This document shows positions 1 to 13,300 of a stretch of 64,000 bases of DNA, piece after piece. Every line of letters begins with the position of its first letter. Positions within the stretch are counted from its first letter, which is position 1. Origin of the DNA: Octopus vulgaris (lineage: Eukaryota); NCBI GenBank assembly GCA_951406725.2, contig OX597821.1:30380001-30444000 (forward strand), in the 5' to 3' direction. The notes under the pieces were generated by a model. That model was given only the letters and a program-made list of their open reading frames with translations, was not told where the DNA came from and did not search any database. Position numbers and translations under genes: made by a program.

Positions 1-320
1 GGTAGCAATCAGCCCCTTTTGCTATCATTCTCAGGGCACCAATGACAGAAGGTATTGTCTTGGTCTTCAGGTTCCACATTTTGCTGATTTCTATTTCCAG
101 ATCTTTATATTTGCTCAATTTCTGGTAGGTCTTGACAGATACGTTTATATCGATTGGGACAGTCATATCAATGAGGAGGCATGTTTTTGTCTGAAGTCTT
201 TTACTATGATGTCTGGCCTATTCGCGACTATCTTTCTGTCACTTTGGATGGTGAAGTTCCAGAGGAGTGAGATGTGGTCATTTTCAAGCACTGGGGTGGT
301 TTGTGTTCCCACCAGTTTTT
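1..320 (-). mobile_element. R4/Dong-clade non-LTR retrotransposon fragment (restriction-like endonuclease domain)
   Basis: Minus strand reads, with frameshifts, WWEHKP..VLENDHISLLWNFTIQSDRKIVANRPDIIVKD..CLLIDMTVP..KLSKYKDLEIEISKMWNLKTKTIPSVIGALRMI, the RPD..D..P..K..KY REL motif. Confidence 0.85.
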
Positions 321-615
321 ATCAGTGAATATATAGTGCAGCTCTATATCAAGATAAACAGCACATCACCTTGCAAGTGGGGCCCAGTTAGAATTTTCTT
401 CTGGTTGAGTACCCCATCCCGCTCAAAACCTCCCTGAATAAGGGTTGTTTAAGGATGTTGAACGAAACACAAATGTTTCCAGAAGTGAATAATTCAAACC
501 CCAAAGAATCATTCTCAACACACGGCTGATGCTTCCCCACTACTTCTGCTCGTGATCAGAGATGCACATATCATCAACCACTAAGGGACGTGGTCAACTG
601 GTTAAGGTCAAATAA

Positions 616-878
<263 letters not shown>

Positions 879-2055
879 TCATTAAACAAAATTCAATTTT
901 ATGCAGAAATGTATAAACAAAAAAAAACTGCCACAGCATATTTTGAAAAGATGTTTTACAATTTTGAACACGCTGATTTTTGGGAAAAACGCCTGATGAG
1001 ATATTTTGGGATGTTTCTTTTTAATAATGCAAAATGAGAAAATGGAGAAACGTATATCATAAATCAATCATCAACTATCAGATAATACCCAATCAATACT
1101 TTATTAAACCACTAATCAATTGCAACTTTGAATTGCTGTAAAATTAGCAAGAACAAAATGTTAAAACTAAATTTATAAAAAATAAATAAATAAAAATTAG
1201 CTGCTGATTCGTAACTCCTATTGTATTCAACAATGAAGAGAAAAAAAATAATAATAACAACAATATCAACGACTGAGACATTATTAACAACGCTATTAAC
1301 TGCTTTAAGAACCCTGATACTAAGGGATAGCGTTGAATAGAGAGACAGCAATAGAGACTAAAGGGAGACAAAAACGGAACGGCTCCGTTGATAATACCAC
1401 CGTCGTCGTCATCGTCGTAGTCGACGCCGTCATCATCACCAGTAAGAATAGGAGCGATAACAATGATAATTTTCAACTACAACACAAACAACAATATTGG
1501 CACAAATCAATAACATCGCCAAGAATGGAGGAGACAACGAGCATTCCGTTGACAATAGAAGCAGCAACGGCAACAAGAGGAAGAACAATCATTATAACAA
1601 TACAGACAACAACAACAAAAACAACCACAAAACAACTTTAGCAAAGTTAATAACGGAGAGAACCCATCGGTGGAATACAGACATCCAACTAAGAAACACT
1701 TAATGCGCAATGGGGCTCAAAGCAGCTGGTGTTTACTGGAAATTCTAATTATTATTATATTTATGCGGAAACAGGAAGGCAAACAAGAACAGCTGTCACT
1801 CAAAAGCACGTACGACTTGGAAAACATGTAGTATGCGATCACTAGTTGACTTAGGTAAGATATAGTCGGTAATAGACATAGATGCCCACTTGTCCGTTCT
1901 ACAATTACTAGAAACACAAAGATATAGTAGTTGGAGGGAATAAAAGTTTTACCTGCATTCAGCCGGTACTCCTATGTTCATGAATAGACAGAATTTATGT
2001 GAAATGAAATATACTGCTCAAGATCGAGGGTGGCCTCCCGGTCCATAAACAAAAT

Positions 2056-2477
2056 GGATCTTTTCGGTTTGAACGGCAGTTTTTTCTAGCGGTGTCATAT
2101 GAATTTGTCACCCATAATTATGACCCTAGTATCGATCTATTGCATTTGAATCTGTTTTAGGGTTAGGGTTAGGGTTAGGGATGGGAGGGTATCTTTTTTT
2201 TTTCTTCACAAATGTAAATAAACCCAATCTGTTTCTTAAACGAGGAACATATTCTTACGGCACAGAATGTTTTCACCTCAATAGACGGTCATTGATTGGG
2301 TGAAATTGCCGAAATGCAAGAAATTAAAGACAAAATATCTTACAAACTATAGAATTTTCTCAATAAAGCCAAGAGAAAAAGATGTTTTATAAATACATTC
2401 TACCAGTATACGAAGTTTAAAATTGTTTAGTTACCTAGAAATTATGTTAAAAACTGCCGTTCAAACCGAAAAGATCC
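2056..2477 (+). mobile_element. GGATC-MITE copy 1 (29-bp TIR, internal (TTAGGG)4)
   Basis: TIRs GGATCTTTTCGGTTTGAACGGCAGTTTTT and AAAAACTGCCGTTCAAACCGAAAAGATCC; flanks AACAAAAT/AATAAAAT; TTAGGG x4 at 2157-2180. Confidence 0.95.
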
Positions 2478-3236
2478 AATAAAATTGTTAATCTAGTAAC
2501 AGGGAGATCCGCATTCATTACGAAGTCATACACATTAACCAGAGGAAAATGCATAAAGAAAATCAGGATGATCGCCACTTATTTAATATCACCTTATCTC
2601 AGTGCCTTGTGTTTCACAGGAAATAGGGCGAATTGGATAAAAGTCTAATGATAATTACAGTGTGCTAAGTCTTACATATGTAGCATAATTTGTGTAAATT
2701 GCACTACATTCGTACTACTTCGTTTGTCTACAAAACCAAAACCTGTTATAGAGGAATTGCTGCTGAAATACAACCACAAAAGTGACCGTCCTTCTGAGCG
2801 CACAAAATCTGAAAATTCTCGTATCGGCTACTATAATAATACTCCATCACAATTTTCTCCATCACAACATATTAATAAGAAAGGAAGGGGTGATAGTTGA
2901 ATGAGGAAGGGATGATGATAAACTTGGTAGTGGGAGGATAGAAATTCTACGGTGAAAGAAAAAGCAAACAGCGTTTCAACTCTGTGTAAGTATATATTGT
3001 GAATGTAAAATGGGGGTATGTGAATGTTTCTCTGTGTGTGTGTGTGTGTGTGTGCAATGGAAGTGGGCTGCATAACAGTCAACGCTGAGAAGAAAAATCA
3101 GACTGCGTTTCATTTCTGTGTGAGTATATGTGTGAGCCTGTACAAGTGAAGTATATGAACGTTTATAAGTGTGAAACAGTGTAGTTTCAGTAACAAACAA
3201 TGATCGATATCACATATCAACATCCAACCAGTAGAT

Positions 3237-3786
3237 AACGTTCCTTTCTACTCTAGGCACAAGGCCAGACATTTTGGGGAAGGAGGCCAGTCGATTACGC
3301 AACTGGTACTTAATTTATCGATCCCGAAAGGATGAAAGATAAAGTCGACCTCGGCGGAATTTGAACTTAGAACGTAACGACAGACGAAATGCCTATTTCT
3401 TTACTACTCACAAGGGGCTAAACACAGAGGGGACAAACAAGGACAGACAAACGGATTAAGTCGATTATATCGACTCCAGTGCGTAACTGGTTCTTATTTA
3501 ATCGACCTCGAAAGGATGGAAGGTAAAGTCGACCTCGGCGTAGTTTGAACTCAGAACGCAGCGGCAGACGAAATGCCTATTTCTATTTCTTTACTACCCC
3601 CAAGAGGCTAAACACAGAGAGAACAAACAAAACAAGGACAGACAAACGGATTAAGTCGATTAAATCGGCCCCAGTGCGTAACTTGTACTTAATTTATTGA
3701 CCCCGAAAAGATTAAAAAGGCAAAGTCGACCTCGGCGGAATTTGAACTCAGAACGTAACGGCAGACGAAATACTGCTAAGCAATTA
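3237..3786 (-). mobile_element. Nested/tandem array of Nin/Deu-domain SINE units
   Basis: Three repeats of ...TCGACCCCGAAAGGATGAAAGGCAAAGTCGACCTCGGCGGAATTTGAACTCAGAACG... (with variants), separated by the SINE tail CCTATTTCTTTACTAC..AAGGGGCTAAACACAGAG. Confidence 0.85.
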
Positions 3787-3859
3787 GCCGTCAATTTTGA
3801 CGGCACGGGGCCAGCTAGTACATTATCAACACTGGCTTATAATTTCTTTTTTCGTTCTG

Positions 3860-5380
3860 AGGCAAGGATCAAATATGTGTTTTATTGTACTAATTTTGAT
3901 ATGGTGAATTCCAGTTTTCTGAACAGTTTTGCTCTATCACGTATAGTTCTTTTATGTTCACATATCCCATTTTAATTATACTGTATATAAATTGAAAATA
4001 TAAAGAGTTTATTTCATCTGCTACAAAGGCATATTGCATAAAAAAAAACATAGATGCATGACGCTGACGGAACTGAATTACTTGAATAGTACAATACACA
4101 CAAATCCTAGCACGGAAGACAGTTAGAAGTGAGTTTTTGGACGATCTTGTGTACTTTGCCTCCGAGATGTCACACAACAGCATCTCGCAAAAGTCTCCCA
4201 TCATGCTTCGGTTGTCCTCGCCTTGGCAGTTGCTCGCCATCCTAGTAATATATTGGTGGAACATTTCTCTATGCTCGTCACTCACTGCTCCAAGCCTCGG
4301 AGGGAAGTTGAGGGGGGAGTGGAGAAAGTGAATTTTGAGTGACATTCGGCACCCCATATCATCATAAGGCTGTAACAGTTTCTCGATACACTCTTGGTAA
4401 TCTAGTACCCGAGTGTTGCCAAGTAAGCCATGGCAGACTGGCTTACATGCTTTCCAGATCTCAGTTCCTTTAAGATAAGAAGCTCCTCAAAGTCCTTATC
4501 CTTCAGCACCTCTCGGATCTTGACCTTAGTAGAAATTAGAGGTCCTTGAGCTTAGTAGAAATCAGAGGTGCGAACAGAGTGCACAAGTGTTGGAAGGCTG
4601 CGGCAATTTTGTCTATTACCATCACGAAATTCTTCATCAAACCAAGCTTGATGTGAATAGGAGGAAGAAGCACCTTGTTGATGTCCACCGGATGATTTTC
4701 TTGGACACTGTGTTCACCAGACAGGTAATTGCTTCTAGATCCCCAGTCTTTCTGCTTGTAGAGATTGGACACATCTCGACTGTCCCGGAAACAAAGAAAG
4801 CAACAATACCTTGTAAATTCTGTTTGCATATCCATAAGGAGCCAATGACCTTGAGGTCCCCGCAGAGACTCCACTGCTACTGGTTGTAATTGACAGCTGC
4901 CAAAAGGAGCTCCATATTTTCATACGAATTCTTCAGATTGACAGAGTATGTAATGGAAATGCTAGGGTATTTATTCCCATTGTGCAGGAGCACACACTTC
5001 AGACTTCGCTTGTAGGAATCTACACCAGTCCGAAGGATTGTGTGGAAAACCAAGGGAGGTGGACAAGCCAGAGACATTTGTGCAGTAGCACTACCTATTT
5101 TCCATGTCGAAGAATGGAGCAAAGTCCTGGTTCCATGTCTTGAGACTGGTGATCCTTACATCTACCTTGACCAGGTTCCACTGCTTAAACCAGAATGCCA
5201 GGAACTCTGACTGCTGCTTAAATAGATACAAATCACGGGCAAGATAATTCAGGTCTTTCTGCGCGATCCAGTGGTGCTCAATGCAATTTGCCTTGAATAA
5301 ACAGGGATATTGTCTTCAGAAGAGATCGACTTAGCAGAATCTTCCCCTGAAGGCATCCCCTGAGGGTGGGTAGGAGAATA
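3860..5380 (-). mobile_element. Decayed DDE transposase, probably Chapaev3 (CMC) type
   Basis: Frameshifted pieces DSYKRSLKCVLLHNGNKYPSI, YCCFLC..DSR, LLPPIHIKLGLMKNFV, KIHFLHS..LGAVSDEHREMFHQ..MMGDFC. Superfamily assignment is from recalled motifs. Confidence 0.75.
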
Positions 5381-5858
5381 TCTAATATCATCGATTCCGT
5401 TATTTGACTGGAACTTTAATTTATTAACAACGAAATTATGAAAGTTGGACTCTATGGGATTTGAATTCAGAACGTAGAGAGCTGGAACAAATGATAGAAC
5501 GGTTCTCTAGAGTTTCGAATTCATTTAGGAACTTCATTGGAGGATTAGTTTAGAGAGATTTTCAAAGATAAAATAAACAATTGTAACAATGGTCGCAATG
5601 AAGTATTCTGTGTGAGATCTTCAAAACTAGATAAAAGATAAGGAGAAATGGGAAACTAGATCAGGTGATAAGAGAGATTAAGGTGGTAAAAAAAAATAGG
5701 TGTATAATAAAGAATATACAGTAACGAAAGAGTAAGCTATTAGGAAAGTAAAGGATTTAGTAAATTTTAAAGTAATTTGCGATAATATAAGAAAATTGAA
5801 ATTTAGAGACAAAGGCAGAAATCACGAATGCAACTAAAAGATAATGTGTGATGGAGAA

Positions 5859-5862
<4 letters not shown>

Positions 5863-5931
<69 letters not shown>
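5863..5931. repeat. (GA)n microsatellite
   Basis: Direct dinucleotide tract. Confidence 0.97.
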
Positions 5932-5934
<3 letters not shown>

Positions 5935-6059
5935 GGGGGAGATAAAGAGAATGAGATAGACAGGCAGCTAAGGAGAGAAATTTAAGAAAAGAATAGAAAT
6001 AAGCGAGTAGAATCAATAGACAAGGAGGGAAGGTAGAAAAATGAAAAAAATAGAATTTG

Positions 6060-6277
6060 CAAGGGAGCGCTGAGAAGTTCCTGGCTTTAATAGTATCGTG
6101 AAAGGTCTGGTTGGAGGTCCAAACTTTTGTGTTTTTTACAGGCCTTAGAAAAACTGAAGGACCGCGCTGCAATACGGGTATGAATCTGAGAGGGGAATAT
6201 GTTGAATAAAATCCTAATTAACTTTTCCTCGTATATTTTCTTTTACCGAAAGCCGGGAACTTTTCAGCCCTCCCTCG
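6060..6277. mobile_element. Mariner-derived MITE
   Basis: Imperfect TIRs CAAGGGAGCGCTGAGAAGTTCCTGGCTTT and AAAGCCGGGAACTTTTCAGCCCTCCCTCG, with TA on the right flank. Confidence 0.75.
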
Positions 6278-6560
6278 TATACAAAGAATGACATACAGAA
6301 ACAAATGTGACACGAAAGATAAAATACTATATAGACATAGGAGGAAACGGAGGGAAGGAGATACATAAATTGGGGGAAAAGAGGGAGATTGGAAATAGCT
6401 GAAAAGAGTTAAAAGAATTGAAAAGAGAAGAGTATTAAAAATGCGAAGAGTTGTATTATATCTTAGTTGCAGTTCTGTCATAATTGACAGATCAAACTCA
6501 TGATCGGCAGCATTCCATTGTGCCTATTCAGAATATACGTGTATATAATACTACATAGTG

Positions 6561-6859
6561 GGGGCGCAATGGCCCAGTGGTTAGGACAGCGTACTCGCGG
6601 TTGTAGGATCACGGTTTCGATTCCCAGACCGGGCGTTGTGAGTGTTTATTGAGCGAAAACAACTAAAGCTCCACGAGACTCCGGCAGGGGGTAGTGGCGA
6701 TCCCTGCTGTACTCTTTGGCCACAACTTTCTCTCACTCTTTCTTCTGTTGGCCTGCTCGCGGGATGGCGTCATTTGAAGGATAAAACAATGCGAAGCGCA
6801 TTGTGACCAGCGATGTGTAGCAACACCTGATAGCCTGATCGGTTACGGTGATCACGGTG
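6561..6859 (+). mobile_element. tRNA-derived SINE with 16-bp TSD
   Basis: A box TGGCCCAGTGG, B-box-like GGTTTCGATTCCC; TSD ATAATACTACATAGTG/ATAATACTATATAGTG; related copies near 18.9, 45.5 and 53.1 kb. Confidence 0.9.
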
Positions 6860-7289
6860 ATAATACTATATAGTGACTGTTTTAAAGCATTGGGTGCAAT
6901 TTTTCACCTAATCTTGCCTTTAATTTCGACAGAATAGCGCAATGGAACGCATGTTTTGTTTATTTGTATTTTTAATGTTCATATATGCATTTGTTGCCAC
7001 TAAGTTAAAAAATCACATTCGTTTTGACGTAACTTCGATAGTTATTTATTTATTCCAAATTTCATATTTGCTCGTTATATTTGTAGCTTTTCTCTACAAC
7101 ACTTTGTTGGTTCAATCTATTCTAGTAGTTTAAGGATAATTACACAACATTTAATACATTTTCAAATATTGAAAGGTTTTTCAGGAAGTATACTAATAGA
7201 ACAAAAAGAAACAAGAAAACTCTGCAATGTAAATTCCTTGGTAACTCTTTTCTTAAGATGGGAAGTGCTTTGACGATCGAGATTTTCTT

Positions 7290-8020
7290 GAGTGTATACC
7301 TTCATCTCTTCTGATTAGAGACCATATATAATCTCCCATCATAGCAGTATCGCATCATCCTTGGTATCTTCTTTCCATAGTTGCGATATCTTAATGAAAT
7401 CTCTCACCATGCTTCTCACTGACATCACCCATATTTTCGGGGGAAACATCTAGGTGAGAGTGCAAAAAATTGAACCTTTGAGGACATACGACAACCCATT
7501 TTCTTGAAGTTTTCAATAAGCTTTGCTACCAGCTGCTTGTAATTTGGATCCTTATGATTTCCTAATAATCCACGAACTACAACACGAAATGCACACAACC
7601 TCACTTTTCAACTTTTGTCATCGCTCTTTCCTGTTTCTTCGACTTTAACATTGCATTTACTAGGGGCCGCCCAACAAATATTCCACCCTTGATCTTAGCC
7701 TCAGATATCTTTGGAAACATAAGACAAATTTCTTGAAAAGCTTCTCCTCAAAAATCTAAGGCCTTCACAAACTGTTTTACCAATCCGAGTTTGATATGAA
7801 GTGGGGGTAATAAGATATTGTTGGAACCTACTAGTGGCTGTTTGAGAACATTTAACATTCCTGGCTGCAGTTCCACTCGTGGGGGCCGATGTACTCTCTT
7901 GTAATGATCATCATCAGCTCTTCTCTCCCATAACCAAAGGGAACATGAATACTTTGTGTATCCCACTCGCAAGCCAAGCAAGAATGCAAGCATCTTGAAA
8001 TCACCACAAACATCTTATGT
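7290..8020 (-). mobile_element. Second Chapaev3-like transposase remnant (different family from 3.9-5.4 kb)
   Basis: CGDFKMLAFLLGLRVGYTKYSCSL..W..R, LLPPLHIKLGLVKQFVKALDF, FLHSHLDVSPENMGDVSEKHGERFH. Confidence 0.75.
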
Positions 8021-8353
8021 AATACCTGCTTTTTTCAATATAATAACCACACACATAACAAAATGTATCTGGAGAATTTTTACATACTCTAGAAGCCATC
8101 CTGAAAGTAGCAGAACTTAGTAATTGGTCTGAAAGAGAAAATTAGACATACATTTAGTAGCGGAACATTATAACGATACCGAATACATAATAATATTGAA
8201 AGACGACATCTTTTTTTTAACTGTTGATGATTCACCAAAAATAATTTCATTTTTGGAATCAGCATAAAGAAATGGATTGTTTTGTAATCGATGAAGAAGG
8301 ATATTAGTGAGTAAGAAGATCAAAAGAGTGAGGATGGCAGGACAGAGACAGAA

Positions 8354-8590
8354 AGGCGGTGAGCTGGCAGAAACGTTAGCACGCCGGGCGAAATGCTTAG
8401 CGGTATTTCGTCTGTCGTTACGTTCTGAGTTCAAATTTCGCCGAGGTCGTCTTTGCCTTTCATCCTCTCTGGGTCGATAAATAAAGTACCAGTTTCGCAT
8501 TGGGTCTATGTAATCGACTTAATCTGTTTGTCTGTCCTTGTTTGTCTCCTCTAAATTTAGCCCCTTGTGGGTAATAAAGAAATAGATAGG
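8354..8590 (+). mobile_element. Nin/Deu-domain SINE, full length
   Basis: Head GGCGGTGAGCTGGCAGAAACGTTAGC..GAGTTCAAATT, core GCCTTTCATCCTCTCTGGGTCGATAAATAAAGTACCAG, tail GGGTAATAAAGAAATAG; AGGACAGAGA on both flanks. Confidence 0.9.
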
Positions 8591-9465
8591 ACAGAGAAGG
8601 AATTAGAAGAAACAACGGAATAAAAAGAATGCAGAAGGAAATAAGAGTAGGAGATAGTTGAAAGTCATTTACACTGTGTTACCTCAGGTCAGTTGCTGTT
8701 CAGGAGATCCATAATCGGATAGTCGCGGGTCGAACAAGTCGCTGTGACCTAGAAATCTCTTCTTAACTAAATGAGGTACCCATTCTCAAGCTGAATTGGT
8801 GAATCGCAGTGGATATCGTCTAACCATATTGCGATTTCTCCATCGACCATTTCATTTCTTAACGCCTACGCATTACATTGGTGAAAAGGAATGGAGGTGA
8901 GCTAGGTGGAGTAGGTCTGAGCATGACTTTGGCTGTTCCTCTGGGCAAATAGTCGGAGCTGTACCTCCTAGAAGTGTATTTGAGGCCAGTGAAATTGATG
9001 ATGTTCCAGGTATATCTGTGTGCACGTATTATATGTGTAAAGTAAATGTGTTTAATGAGGGGGGTGGAGAAGGAAAGAGAGAGAGAAATAAAGAAAGAAA
9101 GAAAGAGAGAAAGAAACAGAGTGTGAGAAAAAGAGAGAGAGGGAGTAAGGCAAAGGGGGTATGGCATGATAAGAAAGAGTGCAGAGGAATGAATTACTAC
9201 AAACGAAAATAAAGGCAAAGCAACTGTAGTGCGAGGTTGCAGAATGGTACAAGAAGAATAAAGATACAGCAAAATAATTAAGACCAGAGACAGAAAAGTC
9301 AGAATAGAAGAGAGAAAAATGTTGTGTGAGAGGCATTGTTAAATAGGGAATGAGAGGGATGGCTAAGAGACGAAAGACGGTATACAAAGATATACATAAG
9401 CAAACGCACACAGACACACATCAACACACACACACGTACGCACACGCACACACGCACACATACGT

Positions 9466-9496
<31 letters not shown>

Positions 9497-9648
9497 CAAA
9501 ACTATGAGAGAGAATCCACTATGTGGACGCTCTCTCATAGTTTTGTATTAATAATATTTACTGAATCCCAGTCTTTTATACGCTAGGCCACTTGGTGTTT
9601 AAATTGAGGTTATTAATTAGTATCCAATTTTTTCACCCTTATTTTGAC

Positions 9649-9686
<38 letters not shown>

Positions 9687-9691
<5 letters not shown>

Positions 9692-10003
9692 TATTATAAA
9701 AGGCAGATTTTATCTGCCTCCCTTTGAGAGTTATACAAATCTACAATATAGGATTTCTTCAATTACAATTTACCTGGCATTTTTAAGAGTACAATGCATC
9801 GCGTCATGCCAGGTCCAGTTTTTAAAATTTAAACTCCAATTAAGCAAAATTTACAGAAAACTCACATTCTGGTGTGTGTGTCAAATGCTTTTCTTAGTCT
9901 GGTTTACACCACACGCAAACGCACACACACAGTGGGCAACGAATAAAATGAAAGTAAATAGAGACAGAGTGATTTGAGGAAGACTAAAGTGAAAGTATTC
10001 TGT
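9687..10003 (+). mobile_element. 5' fragment of the non-autonomous Helitron found at 11527
   Basis: Starts TC after (TA)n; ~315 bp nearly identical to 11527-11837. Confidence 0.8.
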
Positions 10004-10100
10004 CCATGACACTGATAGATACATGAGTAAAATGTATGGGAAGCTAAGAGCTAAGAGTGAGTGAAAATGTTCTTGGAAGAGAGTAATTAGTAATAAAGTA

Positions 10101-10267
10101 AACATACACTCATACATACATACATACATACATACATACATACATACATACATACATACATACATACATACACACACACACATACACACACACACACATA
10201 CATACACACACATACATACATACACACATACATACATACATACATATACATACATACATACATACAT

Positions 10268-10313
<46 letters not shown>

Positions 10314-10415
10314 GAAGCTTGAGAACAATCAGATACATTTGCAACACATCTGTTGAAAATATTATTGTTCACACACATACATATACATATATACATACAG
10401 ACAGACAGACAGATA

Positions 10416-10450
<35 letters not shown>
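10101..10450. repeat. (CATA)n/(CA)n compound microsatellite
   Basis: Direct. Confidence 0.95.
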
Positions 10451-10452
<2 letters not shown>

Positions 10453-10509
10453 ATCCAGCATGGCCACAACCTCAAGGCTGAAACATATAAAAGAATAACA
10501 GAATATAAA

Positions 10510-10862
10510 TGTGTGCAAAGTACAAGAAATATTAATGCAGTATATGGGGATTGGACAATAAGCGTAAGGCAGTGTCAATGGTGGTTCCAGAAATCCCGAG
10601 CCATAAACTACAGCCTAGAAGACGAGCCTCATCCTGAAAGATCTGTAGAACTCGACAAGGACATCCTGAAAACCCTGGTGGAACAAAATATCATCGTAAC
10701 TGTTGAGGAACTAGCAGAGAAGCTTGGATTTGGTCATTCAACCATTCATTGACACCTGTGTGCTATCGGAAAAGTCAGCAAATTGGGTCAATGGGTTCCT
10801 CACGAACTTTCCGAGTCTAATTGCATGCAGAGAGTGAATGTATGCTTTTCTTTGCTGTCATA
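10510..10862 (+). mobile_element. Mariner transposase N-terminal fragment
   Basis: TRNINAVYG..ISVRQCQWWFQK..SLEDEPHPER..TVEELAEKLG..STIH*HL..IGKVSKLGQWVPHEL (WVPHEL motif). Confidence 0.9.
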
Positions 10863-10887
10863 TCTCACCACTACTGCGCTATGTATA

Positions 10888-11526
10888 TCTATATATATAA
10901 AACTGTAGTTGTGTGAGTGTCTGTCCCCTTCGATTTAGATTCCTAACTACTCCCACATTTTGCGGTACAGTTTAACCAAATTCGGGTAGCTTATAGTCGT
11001 GATTCATATCGAGCCCGTCTGAATATTAGCGCGCGTCTACGATGAGTCTACGATTTTAAAAATAATTTAACATCATTTTTTATTCCATTTTAATGCATAA
11101 TTTTTCGTGTGTCGATGGCGGCGGAGTTGGCGTCCACGCTCACACCTGCACCTGTGGGGAAGGGAGTGTAAGGAAATCAACGTCGTAATGCGTTGTCAAG
11201 GAGACCAGTGTTCTTTTAGAACAACGACTTCATGGCTTGAAGACACCAAAACAGAAATGGCTAAGAAAGCGTCTACATGAGTCTACGATTTAAAAAAAAA
11301 TTTACCATCGTTTTTTTTCCATTTTAATGCATTTTTTCGCTATTATATAAGGGAAGTAACTCTCTAAAAATGTCTACGATGAGTCAACGATTTTTAAAAA
11401 AAATTTACCATCATATTTTTTCCATTTTTAATGCATTTTTTGCTATTTTTTGGCTATAACTCTCTAAAAAATGCTTATATAGTTATTTCCCTTACAAACC
11501 CGAGCAACGCCGGGCGATACTGCTAG
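10888..11526 (+). mobile_element. Non-autonomous Helitron A
   Basis: A|TCTATATATATAAAA 5' end; 3' hairpin CCCGAGCAACGCCGGG (11499-11514), then GCTAG|T; no TSD. Confidence 0.85.
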
Positions 11527-13179
11527 TCTTATTATAAAAGGCAGATTTTATCTGCCTCCCTTTGTAACTTATAGAAATCTACAATATAGGATTTCTTCAA
11601 TTACAATTTACCTAGCATTTTTAAGAGTAGAATGCATCGGGTCATGCCAGGTCCAGTTTTTAAAATTTAAACTCCAATTAAGCAAAATTTACAGAAAACT
11701 CACATTCTGGTGTGTATGTCAAATGCTTTTCTTAATGTGGTTTACACCACACGCACACGCACACACACAGTGTGCAACGAATAAAATGAAAGTAAATAGC
11801 GACAGAGTGATTTGAGGAAGACTAAACTGAAAGTATTTAAACCACTACTCAAAAAATAAAAAAACACAGCAAACAGAAACAAATAAATACATAACGATTT
11901 ACTCCTCACACAATTTCTTCAATTAGAGTTTACCTAAGATTTTTCAAAGTACTCCATTCGGTCATGCCATAATATATTTCTTTCAATTTCACCCCCAATT
12001 AAGACAAAATTCGAGAAAACTCAATATTTTAACATTTCACTCCGAAAGCATTGATGTACATGTGTGCGTGCGTGAGTGTGTGTGTGTGTGTGTTTGATGG
12101 GTTGTGCGACACAGAAAGTGTGGTGTGTAAGTGAAGTGCTTTTGTTAGTGTGTGTAAAGAGACAGACAGAGTGAAAGACAGAAATAACTGAACTTTTTTA
12201 TTCACTTTTTGTAGTGAGTGACTGAGAGAGAAAAGAGAGAGAGGGTTATGTATGTATATATGTATGTATGGCTTCAGTGACACACACACACAAAAACACA
12301 TACCTACGTACACCTAAAGCACGCACACACACACACACAAGCGGAGCGCGAACTTCAAAATTTTGGTAGTATTAATTTGCGAGCGTACTTCTAAGCGCGC
12401 GTAATTGAAAGTTTTCACTATGATATCATCACGTGCGAAAAAATTCGAAGGGTTTTGAACAATTGAGATACAGATGTCACGCCTGTATTGAAACCATTGC
12501 TAAGCTGCCGTAATTGCTTAATTAAGACTTTGTTTAAATTGAAAGGGGCAAATATGTGACGAGGTTGAAAAAAAATACCCCAGAAAAAAAAATGTACTGC
12601 TGGTATTTATATAATTCACTACTATTTTGCTACAATGTCATGAAAAAGAAAAATTTAGGTATGTAAATCGAATTCGCCACCCCCTTTTCCCCGTTCGCGT
12701 TTGTGTAAAAAAAATTATTATTTAAGTTTTAAAAATTATTTACTTTGTTCAAAAAATATTAATATTAATTAATTTTCAAGAATTATTTAATTTTATTCTG
12801 TAAAATAGTAATTAATTCATTTATCTGTAAATCCGCGAGGTTGTTACTCAGGCACCTAGAATGGTAACCTTCAACTAACACTATCTCCTCCGAGACCCTG
12901 CGGCGCAAGTTGACCAAAATTGAGAGTATGGTAGAAGAAGGGTTGCTCTTCCTTCCGTAGAACATAAAATTCAAATCGGACCATGTTAACACCAAAAATT
13001 ATTTACATCAAAAAGATGCTTTTTTCTATGAAAATCCCTATTTTTTACGATTTTTTCACTGCTGTGTCGCCACTTTTCGGTGTATTTCGACCAGAAAAAT
13101 GTTCACAAAATTTTTACTTTTCAAAATTACAATTCCAGCGGGTCGAAACAAACCCGAGCAACGCCGGGCGATACTGCTA

Positions 13180-13180
<1 letters not shown>
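11527..13180 (+). mobile_element. Non-autonomous Helitron B
   Basis: Begins TCTTATTATAAAA immediately after the CTAG of Helitron A; ends with the same CCCGAGCAACGCCGGGCGATACTGCTAG|T. Confidence 0.85.
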
Positions 13181-13226
<46 letters not shown>

Positions 13227-13236
13227 AGAGAGAGAG

Positions 13237-13300
<64 letters not shown>
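13181..13300. repeat. (TA)n(GA)n(GATA)n microsatellite
   Basis: Direct. Confidence 0.95.

Noticed and set aside
2157-2180. TTAGGG tracts as a telomere or fusion site
   Set aside because: Every tract is short and sits at the same internal position of the MITE.
3237-3786. CRISPR-like repeat-spacer pattern
   Set aside because: Units are long SINE pieces with non-unique spacers in eukaryotic DNA, and there are no cas genes.
6561-6640. tRNA gene (also at 18.9, 40.2, 45.5 and 53.3 kb)
   Set aside because: A/B boxes continue into SINE bodies, some with TSDs; no complete cloverleaf.
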